The translations under genes were made by a program, and so were the position numbers. The notes under the pieces were generated by a model. It saw nothing but the letters and a program-made list of their open reading frames with translations. It was not told the DNA's origin and did not search any database. Positions 57,478 to 64,000 of a stretch of 64,000 bases of DNA are shown one piece after another. Source of the DNA: Candidatus Woesearchaeota archaeon (lineage in GTDB: Archaea; Nanobdellota; Nanobdellia; Woesearchaeales; J110); assembly GCA_003694805.1 (NCBI GenBank), contig RFJU01000131.1, positions 7,976 through 71,975 of the forward strand, written 5' to 3'. The first letter of the stretch is position 1; each line of letters starts with the position of its first letter.

Positions 57478-57677
57478 GGTCTGACTGTTCAGGCGTTTTT
57501 CCTTTTTTATCTCTTTATTTTTTTATCTTTTTGTGTTTCTGGGTGTTCTTTTTTGAGTTCTTTCAAGTGAGGGAGCGTTGTTGGTCAGGGTTGACAAGAG
57601 CGTATTTCTCCCATGCGAGGGGGAAAGTGTTATAAACTCGCCGGTTTCCCTCGTGCCGAGCCACAAGAGGTTGTTGT

Positions 57678-58154
57678 ATGGAAGAAAACACAGGTGCAGT
57701 TGGGAAGAAGCGATTGCGTGTCGTCAGTGCGAAGGTTCTTGTCGGGCCTGGCGGATCCGTTTCGAGGCAGGTCACGCTGAAGTCTTCCCTGGAGACGCCT
57801 ATCTTCGAGTATGGTCGAGGAAGCGGGGACGACAGCGGTCGTGGCAGGGTCCGTAGTTGGTCGTATGTTATTCAGCAAAGCGGCGCTTCATCCAACTACT
57901 TGCGTGTTCTTCAAGAAAACGAAATGGGTGTTTGTGAGGTGGCCAGGACTGTTCCTCGCCGGGCTGCTCACGGATTGTCCTCCTTAGTTAACGAATTATT
58001 TGAGAACGTTGCGAATGTTACTCATCATTATCAGGACACGAGGCATCCTGACGGCCCGCATCCTGACGGCCCTTTAGTTGAGGAGCAGTCGCCGTACATA
58101 CGAGAGGACGAGCTGAGACGGGAGTTGACCAGGCACGGCTTTTACGAAACGTAG
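57678..58154 (+). CDS. Hypothetical protein (low confidence)
   Basis: An ORF with TATA-like 'gttataaac' ~35 nt upstream. Composition is Gly/Ser/Arg-rich and no domain is recognised. Confidence 0.25.
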   Translation: MEENTGAVGKKRLRVVSAKVLVGPGGSVSRQVTLKSSLETPIFEYGRGSGDDSGRGRVRSWSYVIQQSGASSNYLRVLQENEMGVCEVARTVPRRAAHGLSSLVNELFENVANVTHHYQDTRHPDGPHPDGPLVEEQSPYIREDELRRELTRHGFYET

Positions 58155-58251
58155 CGTCGTTCGAAGAACTGCGCGTTGAGATGTCTTGCGTGTCGTGCTG
58201 ATTTTTTTGGCGTCTTCAGCAAGCGCCACAGCAGAAGCGCCCTTCGCGTTT

Positions 58252-59469
58252 TTAGTCGAGATCTTCTAAGTCTTCCAGGCTGAGAAGGTCTTCTTCAAAG
58301 GCTTCTTCGTCCTCTTCTTGTTGTGTCGTTGGGGAAGGAGCGTCGGCGGATGTGTCCTTGGCGGTGTTTATTTGCTCTGCCTCGATGTTTTCCGGGTTCT
58401 CTACTTCGGCTTCATTGGCTGCTTCCTGGTCGAGTCCGCTCGGTTTTTCTTGAGGGCCTGCCTCGTTGCTTGCGCTCCTTTCTTGTTCTGCTTCGATGAG
58501 GGCGAGTTCTTCTTTGGGAGACACGTTGGGGAAGACGAGGTTCGCGACGAACTCTGTTCGGTCAAACATGGTGTTGTGTTGCGCTTTTCCAACAAGTTTG
58601 ATGATGGTGCCGAGAAGGTCGGTCTTGACAGCTTCGAACTCGTGGGGGGCTTCTTTGTAGGCAAGGATTTCTTCGTGGGTTTTGCCGAGGAGTTTTTGGA
58701 CTTGGTTTTGCCAGAGAACGACTTGCATATTCGCGGTTCCGTCATCGAGGTAGAGGTTGAGGACGTAGCTCGTGTTGGGCGTGATGGGTCCGTGCACGTC
58801 GCACACGGCGCCTTTGGCGTCTGCTCTGACACGCTTGCCGCATTGAGGGCACTTGTCGAAGAATCGGGGGCTGAATACTTGGACGATGGTGCCGAGTACT
58901 TCGACTTGCTCTTCTCCGGGCGTGAGTTCGCCGAGGTGTTTGCGCTTTGGCTTTTGGATGATGTCGTCGGGGTTGACGTTGAGTGGGTTGATGGTTAGCG
59001 TGCTTGAGTCGCTAAGGTGGACTTCTGCCCTGCCGTTATTGTCTCGTACGGTGGCGCCTTTGATGAGCACGACGGTTCCTTCGTGGAGCTGGTTGAGGTG
59101 GTCTGCTTGCTTGTTCCAGAGGACGACCCGGGTCGTTCCTGTTCCGTCGTTGAGAATGAAGTTCGCTACTTTCCCTTCTTTCCCGTCTTTGTTGAAGGTT
59201 CGTTGTTCGAACACGCGTGAAACCTTTCCGAGAAGTTCTACGGCGCGCATGCCTGGGAGGAGGTCTTTGATGGAGAGTTTTCCCCGCGGGGGTACTTCAA
59301 TGACTTTGACGCCGAGTTCGTTGGCTATGATGTGCGCTGCGCCTTCTTTGGAGATGAGGCCGCTGAGTTGGTCGAGCTTTTCTTTAATGCGTTCCTCAAG
59401 CTCTTCTCGCGATATGCCTTGCTGCTCCTGTATTTTTTGGAGAATGGTTTCGTAGGGTACTTCAATCAT
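58252..59469 (-). CDS. rpa: Replication protein A (RPA)-like ssDNA-binding protein with OB folds, Zn ribbon and acidic C-terminal tail
   Basis: N-terminus MIEVPYETILQKIQEQQGISREELEERIKEKLDQLSGLISKEGAAHIIANELGV, as in euryarchaeal RPA41. Zn ribbon CPQCGKRV...CDVH. C-terminus DLLSLEDLEDLD. Confidence 0.75.
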   Translation of the reverse strand: MIEVPYETILQKIQEQQGISREELEERIKEKLDQLSGLISKEGAAHIIANELGVKVIEVPPRGKLSIKDLLPGMRAVELLGKVSRVFEQRTFNKDGKEGKVANFILNDGTGTTRVVLWNKQADHLNQLHEGTVVLIKGATVRDNNGRAEVHLSDSSTLTINPLNVNPDDIIQKPKRKHLGELTPGEEQVEVLGTIVQVFSPRFFDKCPQCGKRVRADAKGAVCDVHGPITPNTSYVLNLYLDDGTANMQVVLWQNQVQKLLGKTHEEILAYKEAPHEFEAVKTDLLGTIIKLVGKAQHNTMFDRTEFVANLVFPNVSPKEELALIEAEQERSASNEAGPQEKPSGLDQEAANEAEVENPENIEAEQINTAKDTSADAPSPTTQQEEDEEAFEEDLLSLEDLEDLD

Positions 59470-59623
59470 GCTCGTGATGTACCAAGCACGGCTGCGGTGA
59501 TGTTGCAGTTCTGCCTCGTGCTCCTGTGTTCGATGTGATTCTTGGGTTCAGGGCCAGTTTTATATGTTTTGCGCTCAAGAATGCGGGGAGGTGATTTCCT
59601 GTGTTTTCCGAGCGAGGAAGGCG

Positions 59624-62600
59624 TTATTGCGTGCATTCGAGGGGTTCTGGCTGGAAGAGCGAGGTGTTTTGTTGGATGATGTGGTCGGGGGTTTTCCACT
59701 GGTTCTGACCTTTAGGAGGCAGGTAGAGGGCGAAGGGGATTCTCACAGGGGGTGTTGCGAGCGTTGTGTTTTGGCAAACGTAGGGTATGGGCTCTGCGAG
59801 AGGAAGCTCTGCACAGAAGGTGTAGTAGCGTTTTTCTTGATTACAGAGCGGTATTGCTCCTTGTTTTTGTGTGTTGTTAAGGAGTGTTTCGTCGAGGATT
59901 TCGCCGGTGACGTAGTCAAAGAAGGCGCCTTGGGGGTTTTGGAAGATGCCAAGGTATTGGCTTCCTTGCTCACAAAAGGGGGAGGCGAACTTGTCCAAGA
60001 CGTTGCCGACGCCGAGTGCTCCGGCAAAATTTGCTAGGGATCCGATGCCGCTTTGGCTTGCTGCTTGGTCTTTGTTGCATGCGTTGAGTTGTTGGAGGAG
60101 CGTGATGGTCGGGTGTTGCGTGTTAGGAAGGAATTTTCCGAGCACGTAGCGTGGCGTGGAGTTTTTGTAGAGGAGGAGTGTCGGGTACGGGTCTCTGAGG
60201 GTTCTTGTGTTGTTGCTTGCAAGGTCTTGTGCGGCGAGGAAGGGTTCTGGCGTGGAGGCGTTTATGGTGCTCCAAAGGGTGGCTTCTTTGAGGTTTGGTC
60301 TTTGTGTTTCGTCTTCTGCGTTGGCGAATTGGGTTGTGAGGGCGACATCGTAGATGATTGTTGTTTTGTTGATGAGTTGGACGTGGCCGTCCGGGGTGAG
60401 TCGTATGGCTGTGCCTGGTGGAGGGGGCGGGAGGCGTGTTGTTTGCGGGTCGCAGAGGCAGCCTTGGTTTGGCTGGGCGTGGCAGTCCGCAAGCGCTTCC
60501 ACGACCGTGGCGAAGGCGGAGAGGCGGTCGTTGTTCGGGCAAGCGCCTCTTGTTATTGTTCCTGGGCCTTGGTAGTGGTTGATCCTGTCTTCAACGCAGG
60601 ATTGGATGTTTGCGCCGTTCTCTGTTGCACAGCGCTCCGTTGTTGCTTTCGCCCAGGCAATAAGGGAGGTGAAGCTGGTGAAGTTGAAGGGGAGGGTGGT
60701 TGTTGCGTTGGGTACGAAGGTCAAGGTGCCGAAGACTCGTTCGGACGGCGTTGGCGGGGTTTTCTTGGTTGGATCTTGCGTGGCGAGGAGGGCGTCTCCC
60801 CCCCATGCGGAGAGGTAGGCCATGACTTTTTCTACGTAGTCGGGGTCGCCGACGGTTTTTCCGTTTCTTTCGCAGTACCAGCCGTTGTAGCCGCGCAGAG
60901 TGGCTTGCCAGCCTGTGTAGGTGAGCCACTTGTCGTGGTTGGGGTTGCCGCGTGGGCAGTACTGTTGGGCTTTGCTCTTGCTGATGCCGTTCGAGAAGAT
61001 GTTTCGTTTTTGTTTCAGGATGGCTACGCCGCAGCAGATGTTTTTTTGGACATCGAAGAGTTCTTCGGGGGTGGTGATTTTGCATGCTTGCTGGCATTCG
61101 GGGAGTGATTTATCGTTTATCATCATGAGGCCTCGGTCCGTAGAATCTTTATTGTACCCTATGGCGTTCTTGTCGCCTTTGCTTTCTACAGTGATGATGG
61201 CGAGGACGAGGCTGGCGGGGAGGTCGGTGAAGTCGTGCAGGGTTTTTGCGTTCTCAATTGCGTTTAGAATGGTATTCATGCCGATGGCTTCAAGGTTCTT
61301 CTTGGTTGCTTCAAAGTTTTTTTGCTGGGAGGGGGTGAGGAGCTGTCTGGCTTGAGTGGTGCTGATGCCTTGGGAGAGGGCTGCTTGCGGCGCGGTTGGG
61401 AATGCGAGGGTGTTGATGGTGTGTTTGTTCCAGTACGGTGCGCATTCTTGGGCAAGGACGGGGTCGTCGGGGCTGATGCTGTAGGGGTTTTTGCTGTACT
61501 TAGCGCAGCTGCGCGCGCTGGCTCCTCTTTGTAATCGTTTGAATTCTTCGGGTTTGAGAAAGCAGAGGGGGTTGACGCCTTTGTCCGTTGCGGGCCCTGT
61601 TTGGGGGAGGTAGATGCTCCAGTGAAGGTGTTTTGCTTCGGAGTACCCGGTGTTGCCGACTTTTCCAACGAGGGCGGTGATTTCTTTGTGAAGGGGTGTG
61701 TCGCCTTTGTTGACGTTGTAGACGACGTCGTCGAGGTGGGCAAAGCGGGTGTAGAGGCCGTTGTCGTGTTTGGCGATGAGGGTGTTTCCGTAGCCGGTGC
61801 CATAGTCTGCGCATTTGTTTCGGCACGTTCGGGGGCAGGTGGTGTCGACGAGGGTGCAGTGGCAGGCATTGTTCCAATCGCCGCAGGAGTAGATGATGTC
61901 TGCGCTTGCTGGGAGGATGACGTTGTCTTCATTGTTAATGCCTGTTGCTGGATCTTTGAAGGGCATGCCGATGAGGTCGATGCCGTCGTGGAAGTCTCGT
62001 TGCCCGTTTTGGAGTGTTCGCTCGCCCCAGCAGGACGTGATAATAATTTTCCTTCCTGGGAGGGGCAAGAGGAGTGTTCGTATTGCAGTTGGATCTGCTG
62101 CGGGCGACGCTTCGAGTTGGTTGGCGAGGGTGATGGGGAGGTTGATGGTGTCGTTTCCTTCGAGGAGGAGGGTGAGAGGGTCGTCGTTTAGTTTTTTGAG
62201 GTTGTACGGGACGGCGCCAATGGCAGGGTGGGTGATGAGTGCCGTGTCGAGAAGGGGTTGGAGGGCGGTGGTAAGTGCGGGTAGCGGGTTCGGGTAGCAC
62301 TCTTTGCCAGGGGCGGTCCAGAGTGGTACGAGGTAGGTTCCGCACGTCGTGTTGCGTGGTGTGAGGCTCGCGTTTGCTGTGTTGAAGAGGGCTTCTTGTG
62401 CTGTGAGGGTGAGTGCGCGCGTTAAGTAGTGGCGGAGGAGGCCTTCTTCTTGGATGGTGGCGGAGAGCGCGCTTTGCCTGAGGCCGAGGTACTCGTTGGT
62501 CGGGTTGGTGAATTTGCCAAGGACTAGGCCGAAGAGGAGGGCTACTGCGACGATGACGGTGATGTAGATGAAGAGGGGTATGAGGGGGATGGCGTCGCTG

Positions 62601-62644
62601 GTTCCTTTTTTGTTGGTTCTGGCGTTCATGGAATATTTCCTCAT
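59624..62644 (-). CDS. Large secreted protein with M23 (LytM) peptidase and SLT lytic-transglycosylase domains
   Basis: N-terminal TM anchor. M23 motifs HDGIDL ... HLHWSIY with a Cys-rich insert. SLT block LAIITVESKGDKNAIGYN...DRGLMMIN. Long Cys-containing C-terminal region with many N-x-T sequons. Confidence 0.75.
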   Translation of the reverse strand: MRKYSMNARTNKKGTSDAIPLIPLFIYITVIVAVALLFGLVLGKFTNPTNEYLGLRQSALSATIQEEGLLRHYLTRALTLTAQEALFNTANASLTPRNTTCGTYLVPLWTAPGKECYPNPLPALTTALQPLLDTALITHPAIGAVPYNLKKLNDDPLTLLLEGNDTINLPITLANQLEASPAADPTAIRTLLLPLPGRKIIITSCWGERTLQNGQRDFHDGIDLIGMPFKDPATGINNEDNVILPASADIIYSCGDWNNACHCTLVDTTCPRTCRNKCADYGTGYGNTLIAKHDNGLYTRFAHLDDVVYNVNKGDTPLHKEITALVGKVGNTGYSEAKHLHWSIYLPQTGPATDKGVNPLCFLKPEEFKRLQRGASARSCAKYSKNPYSISPDDPVLAQECAPYWNKHTINTLAFPTAPQAALSQGISTTQARQLLTPSQQKNFEATKKNLEAIGMNTILNAIENAKTLHDFTDLPASLVLAIITVESKGDKNAIGYNKDSTDRGLMMINDKSLPECQQACKITTPEELFDVQKNICCGVAILKQKRNIFSNGISKSKAQQYCPRGNPNHDKWLTYTGWQATLRGYNGWYCERNGKTVGDPDYVEKVMAYLSAWGGDALLATQDPTKKTPPTPSERVFGTLTFVPNATTTLPFNFTSFTSLIAWAKATTERCATENGANIQSCVEDRINHYQGPGTITRGACPNNDRLSAFATVVEALADCHAQPNQGCLCDPQTTRLPPPPPGTAIRLTPDGHVQLINKTTIIYDVALTTQFANAEDETQRPNLKEATLWSTINASTPEPFLAAQDLASNNTRTLRDPYPTLLLYKNSTPRYVLGKFLPNTQHPTITLLQQLNACNKDQAASQSGIGSLANFAGALGVGNVLDKFASPFCEQGSQYLGIFQNPQGAFFDYVTGEILDETLLNNTQKQGAIPLCNQEKRYYTFCAELPLAEPIPYVCQNTTLATPPVRIPFALYLPPKGQNQWKTPDHIIQQNTSLFQPEPLECTQ

Positions 62645-63225
62645 ATGTTTTGGTTTGCGGTGAAGGAGATTCTTTTGAGTGTGACTCGGTACGTTGTTTG
62701 ATTATATCCTAGCACTGGCGTTGTTGCTTGGGTGGTTAGATATTTTTTTGCTGCTAGTGCTTTGCTCTGTGCTGTAGAGGTTCCTGTGTAGATTTTGCTT
62801 CCTGCATGCGTAAATGCGCTGTCTTGGAGGAGCAGTTCCCCCGTTGTTGCTTTGGTAATTGTTAGTGTGAACTGTGCAGGTTTTGTTTGTTCGAGGACGA
62901 ATCGTTTGAAGTGTTCCTTTGTCTGAGGAAATCCTGTGCCGAGTGTTGCTTCGTACGTGATGAGGTCTGCGATGTATTTCACGTAGGGTCGTGGAGGAGT
63001 TGTTACGGGTGTTTGAAGGAAGGCTTGGAGGTCGTAGCCTATCGTGTTGTCCGGGAATTCTGCCGCTGAGGAAGGGTTTTGCTTGGTGACTGTTGTTGCG
63101 GGGAGGAAGATGAAGATGAGAATGGCAATGAGAGCGATGCTTAGGATAACGAAGGCGTCAATAAGGCCTTCTCCTTGTTTTCTTGCGGGGCGGTGGTTGT
63201 TCGGATTACGAGTTTGTTGTTTCAT
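62641..63225 (-). CDS. Pilin-like protein (short charged N-terminus + hydrophobic helix, T/S-rich body)
   Basis: MKQQTRNPNNHRPARKQGEGLIDAFVILSIALIAILIFIF... ATGA overlap with the downstream hydrolase gene. Confidence 0.45.
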   Translation of the reverse strand: MKQQTRNPNNHRPARKQGEGLIDAFVILSIALIAILIFIFLPATTVTKQNPSSAAEFPDNTIGYDLQAFLQTPVTTPPRPYVKYIADLITYEATLGTGFPQTKEHFKRFVLEQTKPAQFTLTITKATTGELLLQDSAFTHAGSKIYTGTSTAQSKALAAKKYLTTQATTPVLGYNQTTYRVTLKRISFTANQNI

Positions 63226-63799
63226 GGGGGAGGAGTATGGTTATGCGCAGTGTTCCTGGCTTCCAGTGCGTTTCTTGTTCTTCCTTGTAGGTGATGGTGA
63301 AGTTGCGAAGGACCATAGTTGCGCCTCCGCGCCCTTTGATGGCGGCGAGGGCGGTTGGTTCGGTGCGGTTGTATCCTTTTTCGTTGATGTAGGCCGTCTT
63401 GATGCGTGTTTGGTTGGCGTCGAAGAGTTCGAGCTTTGCTGACACAGTGATTTCGCTTGGTTGTGGGTGTTGGTAGATGGTGTTGAGGTGGTTGTTGTCA
63501 AAGTGGTCAAGGATGATTCGTCCTGGTTGCGCCGTTCTCGTGAAGGGGTTTTGTGCTACGATGCCGTTGGGTGCATACATGACGCGCGTCCAGAGGGCTG
63601 TTGCTTCTGCTTGTCTTGAGTCAATGGTTTTGTCGGTGAGGTAGTAGGTGAGCGAGAGAATGATGCCTACCGTTACGAGAATGAAGATGAAGCGAAAGAT
63701 AAGAATGGGTGCGTAGCTGATTTGTCCTCGTTTGTTGCGCAGTGGCTTCATCGCGAGTGGTTTCTGGCAGCGCGGCTTGTGTGTCTGGTTGGTCTTCAT
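63206..63799 (-). CDS. Type IV pilin-like protein with archaeal class III signal peptide
   Basis: ...LRNKRGQISYAPILIFRFIFILVTVGIILSL fits [KR]G|Q followed by a hydrophobic stretch. Overlaps the next gene by 20 nt. Confidence 0.55.
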   Translation of the reverse strand: MKTNQTHKPRCQKPLAMKPLRNKRGQISYAPILIFRFIFILVTVGIILSLTYYLTDKTIDSRQAEATALWTRVMYAPNGIVAQNPFTRTAQPGRIILDHFDNNHLNTIYQHPQPSEITVSAKLELFDANQTRIKTAYINEKGYNRTEPTALAAIKGRGGATMVLRNFTITYKEEQETHWKPGTLRITILLPHETTNS

Positions 63800-64000
63800 C
63801 TTCTTCTTTTTCGGCGATGATTCTTCTTTGGCGCGGTTGCGCGCTTAGGGGGGCGTGTTTTGGCGTTGTCGCGTCGAGGGGGGTGTTGTGGTGTAGGTGT
63901 AGATGTAGATGGTGTTGTTGGTTTTGTAGAGGGGGATGGTGGATGGTTTTGAGATGGAGGATTTGGCGACGGTCGTTGTCGGGCTGGTTGGGATGGCGTA

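Overview
This 64-kb window is a gene-dense chromosomal segment from an archaeon; no tools were available, so every call rests on reading the ORF-track translations and the DNA directly. Archaeal information-processing genes are clearly present: PAN, RadA and RadB, FEN-1, Hjc, an RPA-like protein, an archaeal histone, MBF1, ribosomal protein S2, tRNA-splicing endonuclease EndA, RNase Z, Trm5/Taw2-like and THUMP methyltransferases, and tRNAs without encoded CCA. Bacterial-type genes in this archaeal background are groES-groEL, gyrA, and a bacterial-type AspRS that lacks the GAD insertion. The rest is mostly envelope and secretome: GT-C and GT2 glycosyltransferases, DsbA/redoxin/thioredoxin-like proteins, many lipoproteins and signal-peptide proteins, and two very large Cys-rich proteins built from DNDCDG-type repeats.

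The most notable observations are:
- Two pilin-like genes sit immediately upstream of a ~1000-aa secreted protein carrying both an M23 peptidase and an SLT lytic-transglycosylase domain (59.6-63.8 kb), which is unexpected in an archaeon.
- A tRNA-Gly(CCC) appears to be interrupted by a ~91-nt intron in the T-arm, a non-canonical position.
- A tRNA-processing locus: EndA with a Lys-rich tail, an unknown wH-domain protein, FEN-1, and divergent RNase Z.
- Twin GTTGA-N7-TCAAC palindromes flank the groES TATA box.
- Tandem paralog pairs of unknown function, a stand-alone Cas4/RecB-family nuclease, and a Csa3/CARF-like regulator.

No CRISPR array, integrase or transposase was recognised.
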